Both the position numbers and the translations under genes were made by a program. From the NCBI GenBank assembly GCA_017474925.1, contig JAFVGN010000002.1, positions 41,662 through 105,661 on the forward strand: 64,000 nucleotides of DNA, in the 5' to 3' direction. Of this stretch, positions 1-8,692 are shown in pieces. The stretch is from Prevotella sp. (GTDB lineage Bacteria > Bacteroidota > Bacteroidia > Bacteroidales > Bacteroidaceae). A model generated the notes under the pieces. The model was given only the letters and a program-made list of their open reading frames with translations, did not search any database and was not told where the DNA came from. Each line of letters opens with the position of its first letter. Position 1 is the stretch's first letter.

Positions 1-2
1 TC

Positions 3-1448
3 GAGTATGTCTATTTCGATACCCAGTCAGGACAGTACAAGACCCAGCGGACTCAGCCCTTTACGCTCAATGTGGCCAAGGGTAGCGGCAATTCCACTGG
101 CGTCTATACAGGACAGGAGGACATCAAGCAGCTCAGCAACGACATCCGCCACATCAAGACTGGTGCGACGCGTCAGCATGCCGTGGGCGACTTCTTCTTT
201 GGTTCCACCAGCTACTGGGTGACGCTGGCGGCACTCTTCGTGGCCTTTGTCTCGCTGTTCGTCGTGTTCCGCCAGCGTGCCATCGAGAATGCCGACATCA
301 TGAAGCAGCGTGCAGGCAAGGCCAACAAGGTGGCTACCAAGCGACTGAAGAAGGCTGCCCGCTTGATGAATGCCGGCCGTCAGGGCGAATTCTACGACGA
401 GGTGCTGCGCGCGCTTTGGGGCTATGTGGGCGACAAGCTCAGCATGCCTGTCGAGCAGCTCTCGCGCGAGAACATCAGCCAGCAGCTCTCAGGACATGGC
501 GTTTCCGAGTCTGTCATACAGCAGTTCATTGGTGCCCTCGACGAGTGCGAGTTTGCCCGTTATGCACCAGGCGATGCCACAGGAAATATGAACAAAGTCT
601 ACGATATGGCACTGGGTGCCATCACTCAGATTGCCACCACGATGCGCAAGGGTGGAAAGTCGAAGCCCGACGGCTCTGCGGGCAGCGCAGCTACGCGCGT
701 GCTGCTTCTCGTTGCCCTTCTCCTCACGCCTTCTGCCTTCATTTTGCAGCCTGCTTCAGCAGTGACGAAAGCCGATGCCGACAGTGCCTATGTGCAGGAG
801 AACTATCAACAGGCAGCCCAGCAGTACGAGGAACTGCTGAAGAAAGGCGTTTCTGCCGACCTGTACTACAATCTGGGCAACTGTTACTACCGCATGGACC
901 AGATGACGCAGGCCGTGCTCAACTACGAGCGTGCGCTGCTGCTGTCGCCAGGCGACAAGGACATCCGTTTCAACCTGCAGATGGCCCGTTCGAAGACCAT
1001 CGACAAGATTCCGCCAGAGTCCGAGATGTTCTTTGTCACGTGGTATCGCTCGCTGGTCAACCTGCAGAGTGTCGATGCCTGGGCCCGCATGGCACTGATA
1101 GCCCTTGTCGTGGCCATCGCCCTTGCACTGGTCTACCTCTTCTCCGACCGCATCCGGCTGCGTAAGGTGGGATTCTTTGGCGCTGCAGCACTGCTGCTGG
1201 TCTTCCTGGCAAGCAACCTCTTTGCCTGGCAGCAGAAACGTGCCCTCGACCATCGCACAGGGGCTGTCATCATCCCTTCGGCAGTCAACGTCAAGAGCAC
1301 ACCATCCCAGAACGGTACTGACCTCTTCATCCTCCACGAAGGCACGCGTGTCACCGTGACTGACGCCACCATGCGTGGCTGGCGCGAGGTACGTGTGGCC
1401 GACGGCAAGCAAGGCTGGGTGGAAACATCGGAGATTGAGATGATTTAA
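3..1448 (+). CDS. BatD C-terminal region fused to BatE (TPR + SH3-like), 5'-truncated by the window
   Basis: The frame is open from base 3 (EYVYFDTQSGQYKT...LNV). A BatD-type TM and C-terminal helical region (ALWGYVGDKL, CEFARYAP) is followed by a BatE-type TPR (LYYNLGNCYY, LNYERALLLSP) and an SH3-like end (FILHEGTRV...GWV). Confidence 0.85.
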   Translation, partial: EYVYFDTQSGQYKTQRTQPFTLNVAKGSGNSTGVYTGQEDIKQLSNDIRHIKTGATRQHAVGDFFFGSTSYWVTLAALFVAFVSLFVVFRQRAIENADIMKQRAGKANKVATKRLKKAARLMNAGRQGEFYDEVLRALWGYVGDKLSMPVEQLSRENISQQLSGHGVSESVIQQFIGALDECEFARYAPGDATGNMNKVYDMALGAITQIATTMRKGGKSKPDGSAGSAATRVLLLVALLLTPSAFILQPASAVTKADADSAYVQENYQQAAQQYEELLKKGVSADLYYNLGNCYYRMDQMTQAVLNYERALLLSPGDKDIRFNLQMARSKTIDKIPPESEMFFVTWYRSLVNLQSVDAWARMALIALVVAIALALVYLFSDRIRLRKVGFFGAAALLLVFLASNLFAWQQKRALDHRTGAVIIPSAVNVKSTPSQNGTDLFILHEGTRVTVTDATMRGWREVRVADGKQGWVETSEIEMI

Positions 1449-1496
1449 GGCTTTCCCTTGCTGATTTTTAAGACATCAACCCAAACAGACAAAGAT

Positions 1497-2147
1497 ATGG
1501 AAGAACTGATTAACATGGACAAACAGCTCCTGCTGATGATTAACGGCAGCGACTCGTCGTTCGTCGACAACCTGATTTTGATACTCACCAACGCCAAGAC
1601 GTGGATTCCCCTCTACATCGGACTGGCCTACGTCGTGTGCCGTGTCAACCGCGACCTTCGCAGCATCCTGCTGATCATTGGCGGCGCAGCGCTCTGCGTA
1701 CTGCTTGCTGGTGGCGTCGACGACATGATTGTCAAGCCGCTGGTTGCCCGCTGGCGTCCCACTCACGACCCTGAAATAGGCAGTATGGTCGATGTCGTCG
1801 ATGGCTATCGTGGTGGTAACTACGGATTTTTCTCGGCCCATGCCGCCAACACATTCTCCATTGCCATCTACATCTCGTTGCTCATGCGCCAGCGGCTCTT
1901 GACGTTGTTCATGGTTGCCTGGTCGCTCACTAACTGCTACACGCGCCTCTACCTCGGAGTCCACTATCCTGGTGACATCTGCGTTGGACTCATCTGGGGC
2001 GGACTGGTGGGCTATTCAGTCTATCGCTTCTATTACTGCCGCCTGGCCGTTCCTGCCAGCTATCCCCTGCGGCTCTGCTACATCCCCATGGCCATCCTGC
2101 TGCTCACCATTCTCGCGGCTGTCACAGCCGCTTTCTTCCTGACCTGA
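1497..2147 (+). CDS. PAP2 family membrane phosphatase (possible lipid A or undecaprenyl-PP phosphatase)
   Basis: PAP2 motifs KPLVARWRP, FFSAHA and TRLYLGVHYPGD. ATG 1497 is preferred over TTG 1458. Confidence 0.85.
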   Translation: MEELINMDKQLLLMINGSDSSFVDNLILILTNAKTWIPLYIGLAYVVCRVNRDLRSILLIIGGAALCVLLAGGVDDMIVKPLVARWRPTHDPEIGSMVDVVDGYRGGNYGFFSAHAANTFSIAIYISLLMRQRLLTLFMVAWSLTNCYTRLYLGVHYPGDICVGLIWGGLVGYSVYRFYYCRLAVPASYPLRLCYIPMAILLLTILAAVTAAFFLT

Positions 2148-2177
2148 CACGGTTTTCGAGGAAGGAGGGAGCCTCGT

Positions 2178-2208
2178 GTACACAAAAGGGATCGTCCCTT
2201 TTGTGTAC
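2178..2208. terminator. Perfect 14-bp palindromic hairpin (terminator or REP-like)
   Basis: GTACACAAAAGGGA-TCG-TCCCTTTTGTGTAC directly after the PAP2 stop. Confidence 0.6.
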
Positions 2209-2266
2209 TTGTCAACAATTTTATTAGTTCTCCAACTGTCGCCTGAATCTGCTTCCAGAGGTGCTG

Positions 2267-2336
2267 TTAAAGATTGCAATTGCTACCATTAACGCGCGCA
2301 ATTTCTAGATTTAACCTTCGCAATTTCTACCCTTAA
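2267..2336. repeat. Three phased 22-bp imperfect direct repeats, TTAA-N5-GCAATTKCTA-N3
   Basis: TTAA at 2267, 2289, 2311 and 2333; GCAATT at 2276, 2298 and 2320. Confidence 0.8.
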
Positions 2337-2369
2337 AGCCCGTCTGCCCACATCTTCAACTTGACAATG

Positions 2370-2377
2370 CAAAGGTA
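2370..2377 (-). promoter_or_regulatory. Bacteroidetes -7 promoter box (TACCTTTG) facing a non-coding segment
   Basis: Exact TAnnTTTG followed by CA on the minus strand. Confidence 0.6.
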
Positions 2378-2488
2378 CGAAAAATTCAAATACAAAACAA
2401 TAGTTTCCCCCAATTATTTTCAAATTTATTTCAAATGTTAAAATTCTGAGAGAAGACACATTGGGGTGGCGGCGCGGCATTTGTGAAA

Positions 2489-2600
2489 TTCGCTCACTTA
2501 TTCGTACCTTTTTTGCTTCGCAGGAAGGTACTCTCGCTCGGAAATAAAAAGAAAAGCAAGCTTTCCTTTTGTATTTCGCTCGCTTATTCGTACCTTTGCA
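2489..2600 (+). repeat. Two-hairpin promoter-carrying repeat, copy 1
   Basis: GTACCTT..AAGGTAC stem, an A-rich/T-rich stem, then TTTG-N19-TACCTTTG. Internal direct repeat at 2489-2511 and 2575-2597. Confidence 0.75.
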
Positions 2601-2634
2601 ACGATGTTCGAAAAGAGCAGGACTTGACTAAGGG

Positions 2635-3528
2635 ATGATGAATCTGTTCGATTTGGAAAATCTCAGTCCGACGGGACGTAGTGTGGCGCTGTGGGGGCTC
2701 AGACTCACGGCCGTGGCTGCTGTCGTCCTGGCAGTGGGCTTGACCCTGATGGAATGGAACAAGGCTATCGAGACGCAACAGAACGCTCCTGACGTGGGGA
2801 AGCTGAAAGTGATGGATGACCGCGACGTGGCACAATTGAATGTCAGCGATAGTGCCGACCTGCATCAGGAACAAGTACGGTGGATCAACCTGTTCCTGGA
2901 AGACATCATCATCACCTCAGACCGTCCGCATCCGCTCAAGGTGGAGGAGGCCCCTGCCGCCAAGGTCGAAAAGTATGTTTCTCCTGAGGATGCCCCATCG
3001 AGGGTAGGTGAGGACATGAGTGCAGGTGAAGGCAATACGCCTCCTCCGTCCCATAGCCGCCGTTATCCGCATAGCGATGGCACTGACGACGACTCTACGG
3101 CAGTCCGTCCGTGGTCGTTTCGTGCCAGCCTGCAAGGCACCAAGCGTCTGGGAGTGTTGGCGCGATATAACCTGAACAGCAGTTGGAGCTTTGAAGCTGG
3201 CGTCGAGAACGGCTATCTGAAGACGAACGACAGCCGCCACTTGAGCATCGGCACCCTTGTCAATGCCATATACCGCTTGGGCTATGTAGGGCCCCTCAGT
3301 ACTTATGCCATTGGTGGACTGAAGGTAGATGACATCAGGCAGGACCATGTACCCCTGCAATTGTTGTTGCGGGCTGGTGTAGGGGCGGAATATGCTATTA
3401 GCCGTAAATTTGCAGTATTTTTGGAACCCTCCCTTCGTTACCATATTGGCAACGACACGAACATTCCCCAGCTGTATGGCAGGCGTTTGGGCATGAACTT
3501 CAACCTGGGGCTGGTTTTCACTCCATGA
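2635..3528 (+). CDS. Protein with an N-terminal hydrophobic segment, low-complexity linker and C-terminal outer-membrane beta-barrel
   Basis: Amphipathic beta-strands GVGAEYAISRKFAVFLEPSLRY and MNFNLGLVF. Confidence 0.65.
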   Translation: MMNLFDLENLSPTGRSVALWGLRLTAVAAVVLAVGLTLMEWNKAIETQQNAPDVGKLKVMDDRDVAQLNVSDSADLHQEQVRWINLFLEDIIITSDRPHPLKVEEAPAAKVEKYVSPEDAPSRVGEDMSAGEGNTPPPSHSRRYPHSDGTDDDSTAVRPWSFRASLQGTKRLGVLARYNLNSSWSFEAGVENGYLKTNDSRHLSIGTLVNAIYRLGYVGPLSTYAIGGLKVDDIRQDHVPLQLLLRAGVGAEYAISRKFAVFLEPSLRYHIGNDTNIPQLYGRRLGMNFNLGLVFTP

Positions 3529-3543
3529 ACTTGCACGTAGCTG

Positions 3544-4158
3544 CTACTTACGGCGCTTGGCGTAGGCCTTGATGACAAAAAAGGCGACGGCAACAGCCAC
3601 CAGGGCGAAAATGGCAATCTTGATGTATTCGGCGTATTCGCTGATCTTGTCGTTGAGCTGCTCCTCAGGAACAATGGCGTGGAGGTACCAGCCCAGTGCG
3701 GCGAGGATGCTGTGCCAGGCTCCTGCACCAATGGTGGTGTAGAGCAGGAATTTCCAGTAGTTCATGCGCGCCAGTCCTGCGGGGATGGAGATGAGGTGGC
3801 GGATGCCTGGGATGAGCCGGCCCGTCAGAGTGGCTACGATGCCGTGACGGTCGAAATAGCGTTCAGACTTCTCAACCTTCTCCTGGTTCAGCAGGCACAT
3901 CTTGCCCCAGCGGCTGTTGGCAAAGCGGTAGATGACGGGACGGCCTACGTAGAGTGCCACAACGTAGTTGATGGTGGCTCCCAGGTCGGCTCCCAGGGTG
4001 GCAAAGAGGATGACGAGCCACACGTCGAGTTGTCCGCTGGCAGCGTGGTAGGCGGCAGGTGTGACGACAAATTCGGAGGGTACGGGAACTACGGTACTCT
4101 CAAGCATCATGAGGAAGAAGATGGTGCCATAGTTGAGGTTGGAGAGAAGGGTATTCAT
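3544..4158 (-). CDS. DedA family membrane protein
   Basis: MMLESTVVPVPSE, GRLIPGIRHLISIPAG. Confidence 0.92.
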   Translation of the reverse strand: MNTLLSNLNYGTIFFLMMLESTVVPVPSEFVVTPAAYHAASGQLDVWLVILFATLGADLGATINYVVALYVGRPVIYRFANSRWGKMCLLNQEKVEKSERYFDRHGIVATLTGRLIPGIRHLISIPAGLARMNYWKFLLYTTIGAGAWHSILAALGWYLHAIVPEEQLNDKISEYAEYIKIAIFALVAVAVAFFVIKAYAKRRK

Positions 4159-4191
4159 TATATGGAGATTTTTTTTTGGAGGCTTTGGGCG

Positions 4192-5610
4192 TCAGTCGTG
4201 GATATGCTCTTTCATATAGCTGTAATATTCATCGACTGACATATCGTCAGGGAAGATGTGTCCCAGCACCAGACGGGTCTCGGTAGGATTGTACAGGGCG
4301 GCCTTTTTGAGGTAGCGCAGGAATTCCTTGTCGTAGTGCAGTTCCCAGCAGCACAGGGCCAGATAGACAAATCCGTTTGTGAATTCGTTGTTGGCATCGA
4401 GTGCGTAGAAGCGTTTCAGCATGAGGTAGGCAGCCTTGATATAGCGGTTGTCGTAGAGAGAGATGATGACGCGCAGGATGATGTTGGGGTCGCCCTTACC
4501 TTGCGAGATGGCCTGCTTGAAGCATTCCTCGGCCTCGTCGATACGCTGGTGGGAAAGCAGCAGATGTCCTCGGATGACCAACATGTCGGCATGATCGCAG
4601 TCCAGTGACTTGGTGTGGTCGATGGCTTCGAGGGCACGGTCCAGTTCACCGTTGGCACTATAGGCAAAAGCCAGCTCTTGGTATATCTGTGCCAGGAACT
4701 CGTCGTCGTTGGCCATTGTCAGTGCATGCTCCAGAAGCGGTATGGCCTCGAGGTTGCGCCCCAGGTTGACCAGACAGCCGGCTTGGTGAAGCGGTCCTAT
4801 GACGTCATCTGGACAAATCTGCGAGAAACGCTTGAAATACTCTGCTGCCTGCTCGTAATTGGCCAGTTTCATGAGTCCGTTGGCTTTTGCCAGCAGGCTG
4901 TCAGGGTCGTTGGGATCGATGGCAATGGCATATTCCGAGCTGGTGACGGCGGCATCGTACTCCTCGTCCATATACTGTGCTGTGGCCAATGCCGTCCAGT
5001 ACTGCTTCGAGAAGGGGTTGTGGTCGATGAGCTCGTTGAAGATGCGCTGGGAGTCCTTGTATTTACCCAGTCCGAACAAGGCGCGGCCCATCAGTTCCTT
5101 GAAGTCGTCGCTGTCGTCGCCAGCAGTACGCATCATCCACTCGTATGCCTTGTAGCTGACGTTGTAGTCGACATAGAGGTTTGCCACGTCCTTGACGAAG
5201 TCGCCATATTCATCAGGTTCCACCGTTGTGGCGTAGTCGCGCAGATAGCGGTCGGCTTCGTCAATGCGGTCCTGGGCTATCAGGATCTCCGCGCACAGGT
5301 AGTGGTAGTCTGGGGAATCCTTCTCGCCAATTTGCTGGGCGTATCGCTCTGCTTCGTCAATGTCGGCATCGTCGAGTGCCCTGCGGGCCATGAAGACGTT
5401 GAGCAGTACGTGGTCAGGATAAAGGGTGAGCCCTTGCTCGACCACTGCCAGGGCCTGCTCCTGCTCTCCCTTCATGTTATAGTAATCAGCAATGTCGACA
5501 AGTTCGTCGGCATCGAAAAACATGTTGTCACCCGTATCCTTTGCTGCTTCGTAGCTGTTCAGAAGCTGCAGGAACTCATCGCTTTTATAGTATTCCTCGT
5601 CGAATGGCAT
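4192..5610 (-). CDS. Tetratricopeptide repeat protein
   Basis: Multiple TPR-like helical repeats; N-terminal FFDADELVDIADYY. Confidence 0.85.
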   Translation of the reverse strand: MPFDEEYYKSDEFLQLLNSYEAAKDTGDNMFFDADELVDIADYYNMKGEQEQALAVVEQGLTLYPDHVLLNVFMARRALDDADIDEAERYAQQIGEKDSPDYHYLCAEILIAQDRIDEADRYLRDYATTVEPDEYGDFVKDVANLYVDYNVSYKAYEWMMRTAGDDSDDFKELMGRALFGLGKYKDSQRIFNELIDHNPFSKQYWTALATAQYMDEEYDAAVTSSEYAIAIDPNDPDSLLAKANGLMKLANYEQAAEYFKRFSQICPDDVIGPLHQAGCLVNLGRNLEAIPLLEHALTMANDDEFLAQIYQELAFAYSANGELDRALEAIDHTKSLDCDHADMLVIRGHLLLSHQRIDEAEECFKQAISQGKGDPNIILRVIISLYDNRYIKAAYLMLKRFYALDANNEFTNGFVYLALCCWELHYDKEFLRYLKKAALYNPTETRLVLGHIFPDDMSVDEYYSYMKEHIHD

Positions 5611-5630
5611 TACACATTGTTTGATTCTAC

Positions 5631-7367
5631 TTAGCTCTTCAGCCCAACGGTCTTGTTGAACACCAGGCGGTCAGGCGTGGAGTCGAGGTCAGGTGTGAAG
5701 TAGCCAATGCGCTGGAACTGTAGGAAGTCGCCAGCCTTTTTCTCCTTCAGGTATTCCTCGACGTAGCAGTTGGTGAGTACCTTCAGCGAGTCTGGGTTCA
5801 GCAGTTCGCGGAAGTCGCGCTCATCGGCACCAGGATTCTCGACGGAGAACAAACGGTCGTAGAGTCGCACTTCGGCAGGCACGGCATGCTGGCAGCAGAG
5901 CCAGTGGAGTGTCTTGCCCTTAATCTTACGGTCGGCACCAGGCAGTCCGCTGCGTGTCTCTGGATCGTATGTGGCATAGATGGTGGTGATGTTGCCCTGG
6001 GCATCCTTGTCGCAGGGGTGCTGCTCGTCGCACTTGATGATATAGGCGTTCTTCAGGCGTACCTCCTTGCCAGGAGCCAGGCGCTGGAATTTCTTCTCGG
6101 CAACCTCCATGAAGTCGCTGCGCTCAATCCACAATTCACGGCCGAAGGTGATGGCGTGTGTGCCATCGGCCTCATTCTCAGGGTTGTTGACAGCCTGCAT
6201 CTGCTCGAACTTGTCTTCAGGATAGTTGGTGATGACCAGCTTGACGGGGTCGAGAACGGCACTGACGCGACAGGCTTTCTTGTTCAGGTCGTCACGGACG
6301 GCAGCCTCGAGGAGAGCATAGTCGTTCAGGGCATCGAACTTGGTGTAGCCAATGGAGTCGATGAAGTTGCGGATGCTTTGTGCAGAATAGCCGCGACGGC
6401 GCATACCACATACGGTAGGCATGCGGGGGTCGTCCCAACCGCAGACCAGCTGCTCGTCGACCAGTGCCTTCAGCTTGCGCTTCGACATGACGGTGTAGGT
6501 GAGGTTCAGACGGTTGAACTCAATCTGGCGCGTGCCGTCGTAGTTCTTCAGGATGTCAGGATTGAAATCGGCAGCACGGTCTGTCTGTTCTGCCATATAT
6601 TCGCGCAGCAAGTCAACGAACTTGTCGTAGAGCGGGCGGTGGGGTACGAACTCGAGTGTGCAGATGGAGTGGGTGACACCCTCGAAGTAGTCGCTCTGCC
6701 CGTGGGCAAAGTCGTACATGGGGTAGCAGTGCCACTGGGTGCCTGTGCGGTGGTGGGGTATATGTATGATGCGATAGATGATGGGGTCGCGGAAGTGCAT
6801 GTTGGGATTGGCCATGTCGAGTTTGGCGCGCAGCACCATGCTGCCTTCTACGGCTTCAGGAGTGTTCATCTGCTCAAACAGTCGCAGGTTTTCCTCGATG
6901 GGACGGTCGCGGAAGGGACTGGGACGGCCAGCCTGGGTGGGTGTGCCCTTCTGCTCGGCAATCTGCTCTGAGGTCTGCTCGTCAACATAGGCAAGGCCTT
7001 TCTTGATGAGCCATACGGCAAAATCCCACAGCTTGCCAAAATAGTCGCTGGCATAGTAGACGTTTTCCCAGTGGAATCCCAGCCACTTGATGTCGCTCAT
7101 GATGTTTTCCACATACTCCGTATTCTCCTTCGTGGGATTGGTGTCGTCGAAGCGGAGGTTGCAGATGCCGCCAAACTTCTCGGCTACTCCAAAGTCCATG
7201 CAGATGGCCTTGGCATGTCCGATGTGGATGTAGCCGTTGGGCTCTGGTGGGAAACGGGTCTGTATACGTCCGCCGTTCTTGCCTGCTTCCAGGTCTTCCT
7301 TCACAAACTGTTCTACAAAGCTGAGGCTCTTCTTTTCCTCACCTTCGGTCATAATTTTCTCTTCCAT
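5631..7367 (-). CDS. glnS: Glutamine--tRNA ligase
   Basis: TRFPPEPNGYIHIGH (HIGH), MSKRK, YPMYDFAHGQSD, FQRIGYF. Confidence 0.97.
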   Translation of the reverse strand: MEEKIMTEGEEKKSLSFVEQFVKEDLEAGKNGGRIQTRFPPEPNGYIHIGHAKAICMDFGVAEKFGGICNLRFDDTNPTKENTEYVENIMSDIKWLGFHWENVYYASDYFGKLWDFAVWLIKKGLAYVDEQTSEQIAEQKGTPTQAGRPSPFRDRPIEENLRLFEQMNTPEAVEGSMVLRAKLDMANPNMHFRDPIIYRIIHIPHHRTGTQWHCYPMYDFAHGQSDYFEGVTHSICTLEFVPHRPLYDKFVDLLREYMAEQTDRAADFNPDILKNYDGTRQIEFNRLNLTYTVMSKRKLKALVDEQLVCGWDDPRMPTVCGMRRRGYSAQSIRNFIDSIGYTKFDALNDYALLEAAVRDDLNKKACRVSAVLDPVKLVITNYPEDKFEQMQAVNNPENEADGTHAITFGRELWIERSDFMEVAEKKFQRLAPGKEVRLKNAYIIKCDEQHPCDKDAQGNITTIYATYDPETRSGLPGADRKIKGKTLHWLCCQHAVPAEVRLYDRLFSVENPGADERDFRELLNPDSLKVLTNCYVEEYLKEKKAGDFLQFQRIGYFTPDLDSTPDRLVFNKTVGLKS

Positions 7368-7390
7368 ATATAATTAATGTGTAATTTTCG

Positions 7391-7448
7391 TGCAAAGGTA
7401 GTGCAAATCGAGCGAATAACAAAGAAAAATCATTTTTTTTTCACTTCT
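7391..7448 (-). repeat. Partial copy 4 of the promoter-carrying repeat, serving as the glnS promoter
   Basis: Minus strand reads TTTG-TTATTCGCTCGATTTGCAC-TACCTTTGCA, with the same GCTCG-N8-TAnnTTTG spacing as the other copies. Confidence 0.6.
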
Positions 7449-7535
7449 CTACTTTGTCACGACCTTCTTTCCGTTGACGATGTACAGTCCTTTTGTGGGC
7501 TGGCCTACACGCTGGCCGTTCAGGTTGTTGAAAAA
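7449..7535 (-). pseudogene. Orphan remnant of a T9SS (Por) C-terminal sorting domain
   Basis: Minus strand translates to FFNNLNGQRVGQPTKGLYIVNGKKVVTK*. There is no ATG, and an upstream in-frame stop lies at 7587-7589. Confidence 0.75.
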
Positions 7536-7566
7536 AACTCGAGTTGATAATTTCGCGTTTCCTGGA

Positions 7567-8592
7567 TTATTTAATACCCCGTTCGTTCAGCGCCTTGGTG
7601 TACTTGGCAGCATTGAGCAGGTGCTCCTTGTAGTTGCTGGCAAAGTTGTGGGTGCCGGAAAAGTCCTCCTTGGCGCACATGTAGATATAGTCGTGGGTTG
7701 CATGGTCCAGTACGGCATCGATACCCTGGATGGAGGCTATCTTGATGGGACCAGGGGGCAGTCCTTCATGTATATAGGTGTTATAAGGTGAGTCTGTTTG
7801 AAGCAGTTTCTGCCAGATGCGCTTCAGTTCGAACTGCTTGAGTGCGAATTTGATGGTGGGGTCGGCCTGCAAGGGCATGTTCTTGGCCAGACGGTTCAGG
7901 TACATGCCAGCGATGATGGGCTTCTCGGCATTGTTGGCGGTCTCTTCATCTATGATGCTGGCCAGGGTGCAAACCTCTATGGGGGTCAGTTGCATCTCGG
8001 CAGCCTTGGCTTCGCGCTTACCCTCCCAGAAGCGGTCGTGCTCTTTCTGCATGCGCTCCAAGAAATTGTCAAGGCTGACATTCCAGTAGACTTCGTAGGT
8101 GTTGGGCACAAACATGGCGCTGACGGTAGCCGTATCGTAGCCGTAGTGCTGGCACATCTCCTCACTTAGCAGCGCATTGGCGAAGGTTGCAGAGTCGAGC
8201 ATCAGCTTTTGTCCCAGTATGGCTGCCAGACGATCCATTGTGCGTGACTCAGGGATGGTGAGACGTATGGCGCTCTGTGCTCCGTTGCGAAGATGGCGGA
8301 ATACGGTAATGGCGTTTTCGCCAGGACTGATGGCATATCGGCCTGTACGGATGTTTTCACCATAGCTGGTATGGCGTGCTATATTACAGAAACCCGCCAT
8401 GCCGACATTGCCTGCTATGGGGTCGAGTTTTGCAAATACAGAATCCTGCGTGTCGTCGCTGTCAATGTAGACATACTGAACCTCGTCAGACGTGGAGAAG
8501 GGGGCTAAAAGAAAGTATGCTGTCAGGACTATGATGAACACCAATCCTGCAGCAGCTATATATAAATAGGTACGTGAATTGAATTTTTTCAT
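7567..8592 (-). CDS. mltG: Endolytic transglycosylase MltG
   Basis: N-terminal TM, LASIIDEET, NRL..MPLQADPT, SPYNTY..GLPPGPI. Confidence 0.95.
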   Translation of the reverse strand: MKKFNSRTYLYIAAAGLVFIIVLTAYFLLAPFSTSDEVQYVYIDSDDTQDSVFAKLDPIAGNVGMAGFCNIARHTSYGENIRTGRYAISPGENAITVFRHLRNGAQSAIRLTIPESRTMDRLAAILGQKLMLDSATFANALLSEEMCQHYGYDTATVSAMFVPNTYEVYWNVSLDNFLERMQKEHDRFWEGKREAKAAEMQLTPIEVCTLASIIDEETANNAEKPIIAGMYLNRLAKNMPLQADPTIKFALKQFELKRIWQKLLQTDSPYNTYIHEGLPPGPIKIASIQGIDAVLDHATHDYIYMCAKEDFSGTHNFASNYKEHLLNAAKYTKALNERGIK

Positions 8593-8614
8593 ATTTTTTT
8601 GTATATTTCGGTTG

Positions 8615-8674
8615 CAAAGGTACGAAATAATTCATAATTCATAATTCATATTTCATATTTATTTTGTACTTTTG
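8615..8674. promoter_or_regulatory. Back-to-back -7 boxes for mltG and malQ, separated by TAATTCA heptamer repeats
   Basis: CAAAGGTA at 8615-8622, TACTTTTG at 8667-8674, with (TAATTCA)3 TATTTCA between them. Confidence 0.7.
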
Positions 8675-8692
8675 CAAAAACAATTACGAATA

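Noticed and set aside
2267-2336. Possible mini-CRISPR array
   Set aside because: The 22-bp period is too short for repeat plus spacer, and there are no cas genes; kept only as a repeat.
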